64,000 nucleotides of DNA from Craspedostauros australis (lineage: Eukaryota): contig JALAGF010004599.1 in the NCBI GenBank assembly GCA_030167865.1, positions 1 to 64,000 of the forward strand, in the 5' to 3' direction. The notes under the pieces were generated by a model that saw only the letters and a program-made list of their open reading frames with translations, was not told the origin of the DNA and did no database searches. Position 1 is the stretch's first letter. The number at the start of each line of letters is the position of its first letter. Of this stretch, positions 9,909-23,323 are shown one piece after another. Position numbers and translations under genes: made by a program.

Positions 9909-12716
9909 ATGGTCCGAGGCAACTGGCAGCAGAGGGTCGAGAGGAATCAGAGACGGCAGAATGAGGCGAAAGAAAAGAAGAGGAAGTCCGGCGAGAAGCG
10001 CGTGTTCAAGCAAATGAGTCAGGCGTTGCTGTCGATGCTTGAGAACAGCGTGACGGACATCGTGAGGCGGCGGGACAAGGCGATATCCATCCACGTGTGG
10101 GTGGACAGCTTGCCGGACGACCCTGGAGTCTCCAGGAATGCCATCCTGCAGGACGCACCGGAAGAGAAGGGTTCTGTCAAGCGAAGGAATCGTTCCGGAT
10201 CAACCGCCAGCGCGGACTCCGCGTCGGGCAGGAAGAAAGTGCACCCTCGCAGCAAGGAGACGGCCAGAGACTTGGCGAACGACGACCACGACGCCGCACC
10301 TCTCTGCCGTTCCGACTTCTTCACGCGTGCATGCCAGCAGAACAAAAAATCTGGGAAGAAGTCCTCCTGCCGTTGCGTGCACTTCAACAAACAATCCAAG
10401 ACCTTGGCATCGGTCCTGCTGGGCGACAGCAAGAACAAGAAGTCAGAGGCAGACGTCGCTGCAGCAGATGAAGCCAACCCCACCGGTCGGGAGGAGGCAT
10501 CGCCGGATATGCACAAGACCACCATGGACATGCTCTTTCATCTGGAGGTCGTCATGGATCAGGCTAGCATAGCCAGCAGCACATTGAACGAATTGCTGTC
10601 GGCGGAACTGTCCCGCAAAGCATGCCCCATCGCTGGCATTGTATACTGCTCAGTTGATGATTGCCTGATATTCGATCGTTATCAGAATGGAGTCCTCCCA
10701 TCGCATGGTCTTGATTCAGACACAGAAGGCAAGCTCGAAGGCGGCACTTCCAACGGCAAAGGCCAGGATACATCAGTTGCTGCTGGATCCAATGAGTCCG
10801 GCGACCTCGTGTACTTGCCGGGCACGGTGCTGGATCACATGCTCACATTTCTGCCGTTGTCGTCCATCGTGGCATCCACTGGGGTGTGCAAGCACTGGAA
10901 TGCAGAGATCGGCAAGTCCGCTGGATATCTGTGGAAGGTTTTGCTCAAGAGACGAAATTGGCCGGTTCCAATCATCAACGACGACGACAACAATGCGAGC
11001 ACCAACGATGACACGGATGTTGCATCGTCTTCAACATATGCAGATGAAGAGCCCCAACCGATCTACGGCATCTACAGAAATGCTTTCACGGCAACCTATG
11101 GCGTGGTGAGAGATCTCAACTCCCTCTCGATTGCAGCCACCAGTATCCTGAGCCGCAAGAGCACGGAGCAGAAAGAATGTTGCTTCCGTCCCTTCGCTTC
11201 GCACCAGAATTCCCCAAAGCACCTGAGCAAATGCGCAGCGTTAAAGGTGTGGGATGACAAGAGGATCCTTGCGGCGTACTCCGCGGACTGCTCGCTCCGT
11301 CTGTACAGCTGCGTCCCGAAGGGCGACGGCGAATCCTACTGCAAGCAAATTGTGGAGCAGACTCTCGACCTTTGCAAGAGTACCAGGAAACGCACGTGCG
11401 CGATCGCGGCGGTAGATTTGGACGACAGCTGGATCGGGTGCATGATGGTGGTCCACAATCTAATCCACGAGACGGAAAGCTCCCTGCTGGTCTTGGTGCA
11501 ACGGGACGAATTCCTCCAGGTCGGCGATGACTTGGATTCCCGTCAAGCTTTGCAAGTGATCGATGTCTCCGAAGCCGTGCGCAACTACTTCATGACATGC
11601 GAGGAAGCCGGGGACGGGTTGCTGCAGCTGTTCGACTTCTTGACCAACTACGGTGAACCCGAAGATGTTTCGGTCGTGGCTTCCGACACAATCGCGTCGC
11701 TGGGGTACGGGCGGTTCCTGATCGAGGTGGCCATCTCGATTCCTAACTACGACGAGGATCACGACAACGGAGATGATGATTCGATACAGCGGACCATCAT
11801 GCGCAAGCTGGTCGTATTCTCTGCATCCGCCCAAAGCATCGTCTGGGTCGGCGACAGCCACCCGGAGGGTGCAGGTGACGCCGTCCTCTCCGATCACAAG
11901 AGCGTGGCCGTGTTGAGCAACAAGATGGAATTGCCGCAAGACGACTGGAGCGAGTACCGATTCTTGGTTATCAATCACACTCAGGCAATCTCCATGGGCC
12001 ACGTCGAAGCGAAGACCTTCCAACATCTCCCTCTCACCACCGTATCATTCGCAGTGGACGGTGCGCACCAAATGCAAATGGATTCCACCTGGGAACGGTC
12101 GGCTGAAACGCGACAATCGTTGACAATGGGAGACCATGTCGTCGTATCCGACAATTTCTCGCGCTTACACCACGAGGAGACGCTGGAGTACAAGTCAGTG
12201 GTCTCGATTCTCCCAATCACAGCGATCGATCACAACGACGAGCAAAAGGCGATCGCGTTGAACGGCAACGTGGTCGTGCAGCAGCTGATCGCTTTTGATG
12301 AGAGGCACGTTGTCGCCATGTGCATCCAGCGCCCACCTCCAGACGCGGTGGATAATCTGGACGGGCATTGGTTCGGTCCGGATCAAACTGCAGACAAATC
12401 CATTGTCGCAGTCTTGATTCACATTGCCGCAGGACGCGAGATCGAGCGGGTGACTGTGGTGCATCACATGGGTCAATACACGGAGGACGCACCCGAGCCG
12501 CGAACGGAAGTCGTTGCGTACGACGGGCAGGTGGGATTGGCGCTCGATTGGATGGGAGTGGTGATGGCGGGCCAGAGGACCCGAGACGTCATCGCCGCAA
12601 ATGCGAGAGACTATCACGAGTCCGGCAAGGCAACCAAGAAAAAGAAAAAGAAAGGACTCAGGAAATCTGGAGCCAAGAAGGATGGCTTTGCTCGAGGCAT
12701 GAGCCTGAGAGGGTAG
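9909..12716 (+). CDS. F-box domain protein with N-terminal CCCH-like motif and a possible beta-rich C-terminal region
   Basis: Long single ORF. F-box LVYLPGTVLDHMLTFLP...TGVCKHWN; PLCRSDFFTRAC...CRCVH; basic K-rich ends. First ATG at 9909. Confidence 0.8.
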   Translation: MVRGNWQQRVERNQRRQNEAKEKKRKSGEKRVFKQMSQALLSMLENSVTDIVRRRDKAISIHVWVDSLPDDPGVSRNAILQDAPEEKGSVKRRNRSGSTASADSASGRKKVHPRSKETARDLANDDHDAAPLCRSDFFTRACQQNKKSGKKSSCRCVHFNKQSKTLASVLLGDSKNKKSEADVAAADEANPTGREEASPDMHKTTMDMLFHLEVVMDQASIASSTLNELLSAELSRKACPIAGIVYCSVDDCLIFDRYQNGVLPSHGLDSDTEGKLEGGTSNGKGQDTSVAAGSNESGDLVYLPGTVLDHMLTFLPLSSIVASTGVCKHWNAEIGKSAGYLWKVLLKRRNWPVPIINDDDNNASTNDDTDVASSSTYADEEPQPIYGIYRNAFTATYGVVRDLNSLSIAATSILSRKSTEQKECCFRPFASHQNSPKHLSKCAALKVWDDKRILAAYSADCSLRLYSCVPKGDGESYCKQIVEQTLDLCKSTRKRTCAIAAVDLDDSWIGCMMVVHNLIHETESSLLVLVQRDEFLQVGDDLDSRQALQVIDVSEAVRNYFMTCEEAGDGLLQLFDFLTNYGEPEDVSVVASDTIASLGYGRFLIEVAISIPNYDEDHDNGDDDSIQRTIMRKLVVFSASAQSIVWVGDSHPEGAGDAVLSDHKSVAVLSNKMELPQDDWSEYRFLVINHTQAISMGHVEAKTFQHLPLTTVSFAVDGAHQMQMDSTWERSAETRQSLTMGDHVVVSDNFSRLHHEETLEYKSVVSILPITAIDHNDEQKAIALNGNVVVQQLIAFDERHVVAMCIQRPPPDAVDNLDGHWFGPDQTADKSIVAVLIHIAAGREIERVTVVHHMGQYTEDAPEPRTEVVAYDGQVGLALDWMGVVMAGQRTRDVIAANARDYHESGKATKKKKKKGLRKSGAKKDGFARGMSLRG

Positions 12717-13694
12717 ACAGGGTACGCGACCTCGAGAGAATGCTTCCTCCCTTGCTTCCTTGCTTGCTTGGGGAGGAGCATTGGGGCAGTGCTATTGCTG
12801 CTGCTGCTTCTGGTGGTCTCTAAGTATGTGTGACGTCAAAACGATGAGTCACCGCCAACCCAACCCAATCCAATTTGGTATTCTACAATCTATTATGTGA
12901 TGCCACGACCGCGTCAGGTCCATCGAGCATTGGACAACAGCAGCAGCAACAAAGAATGTGTAATCCGAAGTATTATAGAATACCTGCTCTGCGCCCCATC
13001 AAGGGTATAGCGGACGGCATCTCGCATTCCAATCATGATCGATCCCGTTTAAACGCAAGAAATGGCGCCAAAAGTCTCTGTTCGACCCATGCGACCAATA
13101 TCAACCAATGAAATCGCAGGGCTGTTGTTGCACGTGGTGTCCATTTTCGTCCACAGTGATTTTTGTGCGGCCATGTGGCTGTTGTTGTGGCTCTGTGCGT
13201 GAGGATCGTGGCGCTGTCATCGTTGTTGTTGTTGTCGTCGTTGTTGTTGTCGTTTTCGATCTGTCACGCGTCGTGTTCTCAGAGCGAATCCATCCACATC
13301 ATCGTCGTTCTTGCTCTCTCTGTGGTGGTCACCATTGGTTTTTGCGACGAACGAAGAGCATTGGAAACGATCCGTGCGATCGTTGCCTTGCGCAGAGACT
13401 GAGATCAGACATCACAAAGCGGAGGCAACGCACTCTTGTTGGAGTATTGGTGCTACGCATACACGTAGGTGCATCGGAAGCAAGTATCCTTCGAACAGGG
13501 TCCGGGTAGAGCGGAGCAGTACTCGTACGAACACAAGAGAAGAATATCAACGTCGACATTGACGTCGACACCAACATCAACAGCACAGCAAGAAACCGAC
13601 GCAGAAGCAGCAACCCCCGAACACCGCGCGGCAAGGGGGAGAGGATACTGTGGCTTCCACCTTTGATGAACTCTTTTCCATCTTTGGTTTTGAC

Positions 13695-16600
13695 ATGGGA
13701 GGAATGGATGAAGAACTAGGCAATTCCAGCGTTTCCCCACAACATGCCGATTCCAACGGTGCCGGTGCTGCAGCCATGTCTTCGACAGAGAATCATGCTG
13801 CGGGCGATGGTGCTGCAGGCAACAACAAGAATCGGATTCTGAGAAAGGGAGACCTGGCGCACATCATCGAAACGTGAGTGGCTTCTGTCGTATTGTAGAA
13901 TACTTGCTCTGCATTGATACGTGTCGACAAATCTATCGGTGTTGAAATGAGTGCTGATTGATACCATCATTCCACGGTCCAGGCTGCGATCCATTCCGAA
14001 AACAAAGCGACACACCGAATAGAAGAGCATACTCCATTGAGCGGACATGTTGGCGTAGTCCTCTTCAATTCTCTATTGCTACAAATGCACTGTACCGCAT
14101 GCCGAATTCGTTCATCCCTCATCATGTCCATCTCTTCTCCCTCATTTTTCACCTGCACCTCGTTGATTCTTTCCGCGGTCATCATTCATCACCCATCATC
14201 CGTCACTCAAAAACCCCATCACCCACCGCCCACCACCCATCGCGCGCCATTTCACATTGGTCAACCAAAATCAATTGCCTGCCTTTGTGCACCACCCTCA
14301 CCAAACACTAGACCCGGCAATCACATCAGCAAGAAAAAGAGCAAGCTCAGAGATCGCGGAGGACAGCTAGCGCGAATTCTGAAGTCTCACAAAAATGACC
14401 AACCCGACGACGACGACGACGACGACAAACACCCATTCCTCTACGACGTCGAGCTTGTGATGGGTGGCAAGCTGCAGAAACTATCAAGGGCAGACCTGCA
14501 TTACACAACTGCAGAGCTCGAGGGAATGACTGGAGAATCGCGCGTGCGACGGAAACGGAAAGCCAACACGACAGCCTCCCAAACCGACGGCAATTCAGCA
14601 GCAGCGGCAGGATCATCAGGAAATGCAGCGGCGGCCTCGTCATCGGCGACCAAGGGCAGCAACGCGAAGCGGCAGAAGAAGAGTGATGCGCAAACCAAGG
14701 CATCAGGGAGAGCGGCAGCCAAAAAACGACCGAGGAATGGCAACAACGACGTAGATAGATCAAAGGCAGCGGTATCGAACGCTCTCAACGTGTACGAACG
14801 TCATAGACGGGGGTTCGAACGGGTGCTAGGACGATTGGAAAAGCTGGACAGCTATGGCTGGTTTTTGGGCGACGTTCCTTCGGAATTTCAAGAAGACTAC
14901 TTTCCGCACAGACCCAAGCGAGATGCAGAAACGAATCTCTCATCGGACAAGGCTGCGAACATGCCACAGCACGAGCAAAATCGACAAAAGGAAGCAAATG
15001 TTGCAAGGCGCGGCAATGGCATTCGGAGCTCCTCTCGTTCTGCATCACCGACCGTACCACCCCAGTCAACATCTTCCAGCAGCGCATCGCTCAAGCAACA
15101 TCCGGCACATTCATCCAAAGACGCATACCATCAGAAACGGCAGCAGCCAATCTTCCCGCGTCACGCCCCGTACAACTGGAAGGTAGTGCGGGATCGAATG
15201 GATCATGGGCGGTACGAACTGGACAGACAGCGGTTGGAGGAAGGGGAGCAACTGCGCGCGCTGAAACCGTACTGGAAATCGATCGGCGGGAAGCCGGGCA
15301 CACAACTGAAGCTGTCCGTGCCCGTCTTACATCCCAAGGGGGTGGATTGGGACCTATTCCGAAAGGACGTCATCGGCATGTGCACATCGGCCATCGAAAG
15401 GAGCGAGGAACCACCCTCCGACAGTCTGTCGGCAGGTACCATCAGCCACACAGCAAAGAAGATCATGGATACTCTCGAACAGGTGTACGAACGAGACCGA
15501 GATCGTCAGTATGCAGAATTGCGCCAGGCCAACGATCTTCACCGATTCTCAATGTATCTGGATCATTCCACCAACAACCAGGCGGCGATGCAGGGCAAGT
15601 GGCGACGGATGGCCTTTCCGGAAAGAAAGTATGAACGGCTCCGGAACGACACGGTCTGCGCGGGGCTTTCCGAACTCGATGAGAAGGTGGCCTTGCACGA
15701 ACTGAAAACCAGTCTACCGAACAGCTTCTTGGGTCTTTCCTACACCTACGACGACACCGGGCAAAGCGAAGGCTGGATGAAGTCGCTGACGCAAGAGACT
15801 GGCGACAAGGGCAGGCTGCAAAAGGCGATTAGAGCGCTGGCCTCCGACGACGGCGTCATCAAGGCGCAGATCACGGCCTCCATGCAAACGCTCCTGATCC
15901 AGGTCCAGGATCGTGTCATGACGGAGGCCAATGTATTGAACCAAACCGAGCTGGTGAGCGCAAACTGGCAGGCCGAGATGCAAAAGCAAAATCCATCCCA
16001 CGATGCCGTCACACCTCAGGAGACGAAGAGCGACGGTTGGAACAGTAGCCCAGAACTGATCGAGCAGGAGGTGTGGGGGATGGACTGCTACACCAGAAAG
16101 AACATCTTCATCTGTCTAGACACGATGTTTGACGAGCAGGCCATTCAAGAATTCATCGAGCAATGGCTGCTCCCTGCCATCAACGCATGCCCAGTGGATC
16201 TGGCGCACGACATCTCCAACGCAGCAAACATCTTGCGAGGTCTCTCATTCGATGCCACTCCTGACGGAGCCAACGATGCCACCTTTCAGAAATGGAAGTC
16301 GACCATGCTTGGCAAGGCACTGCTCAGCAAAATTCGCAACTTTGGACCGCCTTGGTTGGCGGCGGTAGCCCAACTCCTCTGCCGAGCCAAGGATGCACTC
16401 GGTCCCAATTTCTTCCGCGTCCATCCGAAGGGGCACGGGTCGATTCTGCTAAGCCCCAGGATCGGTGCCAACCGTCTCATCACCTACTACAGAGGCGAGG
16501 TGTATCCCTCCTGGCGATGGGGTGAGAAGATGGACGCCATCTCGATCACGCAGGAAAGAAAGGGTCTGAAGCCTGTGCTGCCTGATTTCTTCAACATGGC

Positions 16601-19600
16601 GCTGGAACGACCGCAGACCGACCCAAGGGGATACAGTCTGCTGTTCGTGGACGCATCTCGCAAGTCAGGGTACGGATCCATGCTGTCGCACAGCTGCCAA
16701 CCATCCTGCGAGGTGCGCGTGGTTGCCTTGAACGGCGAGCTGAGGCTGGCGATGACCACCATCCGCGAGATGAAGATTGGAGAAGAGCTCACTTTTGATT
16801 ACAACGCCGTCACGGAGTCATTGAACGAGTACCAATCAGCTGTCTGTCTTTGCGGGTACCGGCAATGCCGCGGTTCTTTCCTCCATTTTGCCACGGCTGA
16901 TTGCTACCAGCAAGTGCTGACTCGGAATTCTCCCATCGCCGTGAGGCTGTCGAACCTGATCAAAGGGTGCATGAAGAAGGTCATGGCCGACGATGACGAG
17001 GAAGTTCTGCAACGGCACGGGTTCAAAACGGCAGTGTTCGGAGCAATCAGCGTCAACCGCAGAGCTTTGGCGATCTCTTCCGAGACCGTGTCCTCTCACA
17101 GCTCCATCGCCTTGGTTCCGATATGGCTACGTACATTCGTCGCCGACACGCTACGGTACATTGAATATGAGAGACGTGCGCTGCCGATTGCGTTGATTTC
17201 GAATCAAGTCAACGAGGAAAAGAAATCAAAATCCAGCAGGGCATCCGGGCAAAGAAGTGAGGCGGCTCGTAGCAATAGCAATGGCAACAGCAGCACCAAC
17301 ACCAGCAGCAGATCTTCCGCATCCAGGAAAGGTGGGACGAACGGAAGACCACCGCGACCTTCCAAGCCAGAACCTGCGATCTCCTTTTTCGCCAAGAAGC
17401 GAAGGGAGAAGTTTGTTGCCATATTGAAGAGGGAGAGCGGTGGAGATCTTGCCGGGTCAGCTTTGACGCGGGAAGTTCAGAAGCTAGCCTCGGCAACATG
17501 GAGGCGATTCAGCGAAGCCAAGAAAGAAAAATGGAAAGACCGAGCGAGGCTTGAGTGGGAGGCCAACAGCGGGGTTGATGAAGATGACGACGATGACGAT
17601 GACACGGACAACATGAAAGGAGCCAAGAAGAGGAAGGGCGAGAAGAACGATGCCGTCTCATCGGCCAAATCGTATTCAGAAAGCTCCGACGAGAGGAAGA
17701 GCGCAGCATCTGAGACCATTCCAGAAACTCAAATGGATGAGCAGCAGAAACTCTCGTTTGAAGGTGCCGACGCGGAGGGTGTCAGTGCCATGGAGCAGCG
17801 CATACAGCAGCTGACACAGGCACTCTCCAGAGTGGGCCGTGTGTTGGATCGTCATCGAGAAACAGTCCTGAGATTTTCCAGTGGCCTGGACTCTTCTCTC
17901 ACCTTGTGCGACGAGGATTTGAGGGACAAAGTACACCCTCCGATGTCCATCATGCCCGACGAGACCGTCATCGCGTGGATTTGGAATCACCCAGACGGAG
18001 TCGTGCGCCAACTTCTCAAGAATGCACGTGAGGATGTATGTGCCAGTCCTCATCTTGTCAATAATCTTGAAAGGATCGAAGCGCATCATACTTGTCTACG
18101 TAAGTTCGGATCGCCATGGTCCGACGATTGGAGCGAAGATGATGATTCTGTCAGCTCTGGCGAAGCCAACAAGGCAATGACCCCAGCGAAAGCGCGCGCC
18201 CGCCTATCGAAGGCGCTGCTGGAGTTCCGCCAGGCCATATTGCAATCCATCACCGACATGCGTGTCGACATCCAGGCAAAGAGGGCCGCTGCCAAAAAAG
18301 CGGCGGAGCGACAGCGCAAGCGCGACGAGAGAGATCGGAAAGTCCGCAGGCGAGTCAGCAAGGTGATGGACAAGCTGCTTTGGCAAGTGATTTGCAAAGC
18401 GACTGGAGACGACACTATACCCAGGTCATCCATGCAGAGCAGCGAGCCAGCCGCAAACAACGACGAAACTGAGGATCAGGACATACTGGATGCAAACTTC
18501 GAGCTGACATTGGAACCGTGGCTGCAGAACTACAACAAGCGATTCAAACTGGAGAAGGCGGCCGACGTGTTGCTCTTCTATGCTCGAACCAGCACGTTCT
18601 TCAACATCAATCATTACCAGCAGCTCAAATCAACTTCCATTGAAGTGTATGCCAGGGATCTTGGAAACGAGGTCCCATGCTCTGTCATCGACCAATCAGA
18701 GCAGAATCCAGATGCTGGTGATGTTGCAACCAATGGCAGCAAGGATCAAGGCTCAGCATCGGCCGACGAACCAGAGGAGGATGATGGTCGGAAGTCACCC
18801 CTTCCAAATAATGAGACGACGAGAAACCGGAAATCTCTATGCGAGCCCGAAGACATCGTGTCGAAGGTGGTGGTGGACTACCATGGTGATTACGTCCTTT
18901 CTCAGCTCTTGCAGTGGTACAACGGCGGGATCGGGCAAAAATCTGGACTACCAGACCTGCTGGGCTGCGCGTTGTTGCCAAACATGAGCGGGTGCTGGCG
19001 CGTCGACGCGACGCAAGGGAAGAGCGCGATGCTGGGGCGTTCCACTCGGTATCAATCAACCGTGAGGAAGAAGCTGATCCAGTGGTTCAAAGATCCGTTG
19101 CAACGGGGAAGCACATGGCCCGATGATATCCGCAAGGATTTCGTTGACGGAGACCGTGCTGGTCATGTTGACCACTCCTCTCCATGGCTACCGTACGGAT
19201 CACCGGTCCTGGATCTGCTGGTGACCGGCGACGATTGCAATTTGAAGTATGTCACGGACGAATTGGACTCGTTCTACAACAAGAGAGCATCGAGCAATGG
19301 GAAGAAGAGCGATTCGTTGCTTTCGAGCGTGGATCACGGGAGGCCAGCTCAGGCCGTGTCGAATTGGGTGCAATGCGAGAATCCAGATTGTCTCAAATGG
19401 CGCAGAGTCCCGTGGCACGTCGACATCGACATGCTCTCCGAAAAGTTCTTCTGCAAGGACAACAAATGGAATCCGGATGTTGCGTCCTGCGATGCTCCTG
19501 AAGACGAATGGGACTCGCACGTCGATGCGCAAGTCGTGGATGGCAGCATCGACCAAGCTGTGACAACGGATGATCAGCGAACCGAAGTCGAATCGAATGT

Positions 19601-22600
19601 CGGCGACGACGAGGACGACGATGAAGATGACGAAGAGCGAGAGCAAGAGTTGGGCGGCGCCTCCAAGCCTTCAAGATTTTCCGTCGGAGGTGCGTCCAAA
19701 TTTGGCCCTTGGTGGCGTCGTCCGTTGATGCTACGGTTGCTGGAATGTTGCGCTGGAATGTTGCCGTCTTGGAGGGACTCCATTTCCGTGCTCTATGGAC
19801 CCTTTGTGCTTGCCGCTTCGATAATGTCATCCTGCATTCTGCTGCACTCTCAGCTCACCCAGCTCTTTTGTCACGTGCACTCCTACTGCGGCACAATTTG
19901 TATGAATGCTGTTCTACTCTCATATTATCTGGATATCCATTACAGCCCGATTCGATGTCATGCGCGGGAAGAAGTGGACGGTCGGCGAGGTGGTCAGGAC
20001 GCGGAATGTCAACGGCGTGGGACGAGAAGCTAAGATTCATTTCCGTAAAACATCAACATCAAGAGATGAATGGATCAAGGTGACATCGTCACGATTCGCG
20101 CCGCTTCACAGCCGCACCACGTCGCTAAGTTACGGAAAGAACCGAACGAGCAGCGTGTCGGAGAAATTGGCCAGGCTGGCGAAAGAGGCCAAGATGCGCA
20201 AACAACAGCTTGGGTCAAGGGATGCGCAGGCGTCGGGGTCCACTTCAATTGCTTCTTTGTCTGGAGCATCTTCAGTGACGGCGGGGGGAGAAGACGAAGC
20301 GGACACGTCGGATGGAGAAGGATCGCAAGCATCACCAACCTCAGGTGGCAAAACATCAGCAATGCGGAAAGCCAAACGCGGGAGAGACAAAAGCAGTTCA
20401 AACGGCCGACGAGCTTCTGCGGACGTGGACGAAGACAGCGACGGCCTTGGCTTTTTCGATGTTGACTCAAGCTCGGGTGACGATAGTTCCGTTGAGAGTC
20501 TGAACAGTGCAATGAGTGCTGGAAGTGCGAAACGCCCCAAACCCGCAGATGGTGCAGCGTTGACAAGCAAGGACGAATCGACGAAACCAACAGATGGAGG
20601 TCGTCTAATTCCCACAGCGGATGCACAAGTCACCATTCCAAAGCGCCTAAAGCTCCGCGATGAGCCCGCCCGTGCAATTGATGAAACGGCGCAGAAGAAG
20701 GCCAATCCAATCTCGCCAGTGCATCAAGAGCAGCCCGACCTTCACTCGAACGAGACGAACCCAGTTCCGAAACAACTAACTACTACAGAGGACGGCAACC
20801 CTACCAACGACAAATCGTCCAGCGATCCATTGCGCATACCTCGCAGGATAGCAAAGAAAGCGAAGAAGGCTCCGTCTGGGTCACTTCTGAGCTTCATGAA
20901 GAACACATCCACCACGGAGAATGTTCGTGGTGTTGGTGTGGGTGCTGGCATGGGTGCAGGTGCAGGCGTTGCCAACGGTGCTGGTGGTAGGGCTGCCGTG
21001 ATTGGCGTTGGCCGTGTTGGTCCTGTGGTTGGATCCAGCAACAGCGGCAGTCCACAAAACTTGCAGCGCACTTCGTCCACCCTGCGCGAAAGCAAGCCTT
21101 CAAGCTTGTTGGCGTCGGTACCATCCCAGCATCATGCAACGGCTGGGCATCAAAGCACGGGACGGATCATTTGCAAACAGTTCGCAAGAAGCGGCTACTG
21201 CAGCTACGGATCGAGATGCAAGTATGTACACGAAAGACGCGATGGGCGCGCAGCGGAAAGCAACGATTCTCGATGGCATCGTGACCCTCATGATCGGTGG
21301 AACGGCGGGCATCGGGCATCACAAAAGCAGCGCACCAACATCCACCATGATCAGCGTGAACACCACGATACGACTACAGTTGCGACGTCAACCAGCCATG
21401 ATGAATCACAGAAGGCAGAAAACGATGGCAACAACCCAGCACTTGATCAAGCAGGCAACTTGGGGATGGATCCATCAAGGTCGTACGACTCATCAAATGC
21501 AACAGGAGGACAACATATGAGTAGCACTCATCCTTCGAGCACGCACGAAACAACGCAAGACCGTGCGCATGACAGCGCCAATCCAGAGCCATCTCGCCAT
21601 GATTACGAGCCTCAACCAGGTACTCAGGATGAGCACCAAGCTGCAAATCAAAATCCAAGAGGACATGGCAGGAATACAGAGGAAAGCCTTCCAGCTGCCG
21701 AGGGAGATCGCAGCAACAGCCAACATCAGCGAGATCACCACGAGGAGCACCACGAGGGGCGTCATGACAAACGCCATGAAGCCCATGAAAATCAACCATC
21801 CAATCACATTCAAAATCACAGTCACAGCAACCACAATGACCAACATCAAGAGGGGCAGAATGCAGAATGGAGTGCTGATACATCCAGCGACATGCAACAG
21901 ATGGACACCTGTACCGAAAGAAGCGAGTTTCACGAACATGCACCCAGCCATGCCAATCCACAGCCAAATGAACACGATCAAGCTCATGCTCATGCTCATG
22001 AATATGATATTGAATATGCATTCCCGCATGTCGACGGAAGCATGAGAATGGGAGCGCACCTACACGGAGATCCAGCTGCGCATGACCCTGAATATGAACA
22101 ACACCATGCGGATGAGTTGGATCAATACAGTGGTGCAAGACACGAAGTTGCATCAACAGGGAGCAACAGGGATCCGCAAAGTATCCCCAGAGAGCAGCAG
22201 GACAGCAGCAGCCCGACAGCGACGACAAAGACAACAACAACGGCAACGGCAAAATCAACTGCAGTAGACCGACGCCGAGGCTACCTGGATCGCTACGACG
22301 CTCTCTGCCGCAGCACAAACGCAGAAGAAACGAAGCAGAACGACAGCCGCCGAGGATATCCAACACGTAGCAATCATAGTCGGAGAGATACCGCTCATGA
22401 CTACGACCGAAGGCAGTCTCAGCCCAGAGACGTGCCGTTGCACGACGAACGAGACATGGATCTTCGTCAAGATCATCGCAGCTCTCCGAGAGACTACGAT
22501 CGGCGGTCACATGATCACCGCTACAATGACCGCCGTGATCGATTCGATGACCGTGATCGCCATCGCAGTGATCGTCACGACCGCTACGAGGATGATCGAT

Positions 22601-22986
22601 ACGATCGTGGCTATCATGGCAGCGACGACCGACGTGATCGAAATGGCGATCAGGATCGCCGTGGTTCTCCTCGACAGCACACGAGCAGACCAGGGCATCC
22701 GCATGATGGCAGAGAGCGGCCTGACTGGTCATCACGTCCCGCCCACCGAAGAATAGATGATAGAGAAAGGCGTCACGCTGGGCGAGATCGGCCGTACAAC
22801 CCTCCACATGATCGCCGCTTCGGGCAAGATCGACGACATGACCACGAGCGTCATCACGAACGCCGCGAACACGATTCCAGAGACCGTGATCGTGGCCATC
22901 ACCATGAAGGTACTCGTAGACCTCATCCCGACGACAGACGTTGGGATAGGCGCAGCGGCAGTCCAAGGGGCTGGCGAGGACGGTGA
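13695..22986 (+). CDS. ATXR3/SDG2-like SET-domain histone lysine methyltransferase, multidomain; exons 13695-13873, 14312-19689, 19946-22986
   Basis: EQEVWGMDCYT, YRGEVYPSWRWGEK, FFNMALERP...VDA, SHSCQPSC, GEELTFDYN, post-SET CLCGYRQCRGSF, all matching the ATXR3 pattern. Also a bromodomain-like region, HMG box, zf-CW (WVQCENPDCLKWR), chromo-barrel/Tudor-knot, CCCH finger and RD-rich tail. GT-AG joins keep the frame. Confidence 0.85.
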
Positions 22987-23261
22987 ACGGCTGGGCCGAT
23001 GCGAACTGGACTGTCGAAAGCTAGAACGAACATAATTGAACGCTGTAGCGAACACTATGTTCTCCCAGTAATGCTCACGTCGGCAACAATCGTGGCATTC
23101 GCTCTCTAGACGCGTGGAGATCATTGTGGGCGATCGGGCATGTCCTTTGCGCAAAAGATTCATGCAGAGCATCATGCTTTGGATAGACTAGGTTAGAGGA
23201 TGGTACTCTACTCAGCGTGTGGCAGACTTGGTCTATTTGAGTGTGCGCATCCATCTCGAAC

Positions 23262-23322
23262 ATCAATCAATCGATCAATCAATCGATCAATCAATCGATC
23301 AATCAATCGATCAATCAATCAA
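23262..23322. repeat. 12-bp tandem repeat (ATCAATCAATCG) x~5
   Basis: Directly visible just past the CIA30 stop codon. Confidence 0.9.
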
Positions 23323-23323
23323 T

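Noticed and set aside
12875-13690. Short ORFs between the F-box and SET genes
   Set aside because: Low-complexity translations with no motifs; likely promoter or UTR.
19690-20033. C-terminal tail of the 1998-aa ORF as real protein
   Set aside because: It is read-through into a GT-AG intron (19690-19945). Splicing gives a coherent chromo-barrel domain in another frame.
21374-22966. 530-aa antisense ORF
   Set aside because: Shadow of the low-complexity RD/H-rich exon on the plus strand.
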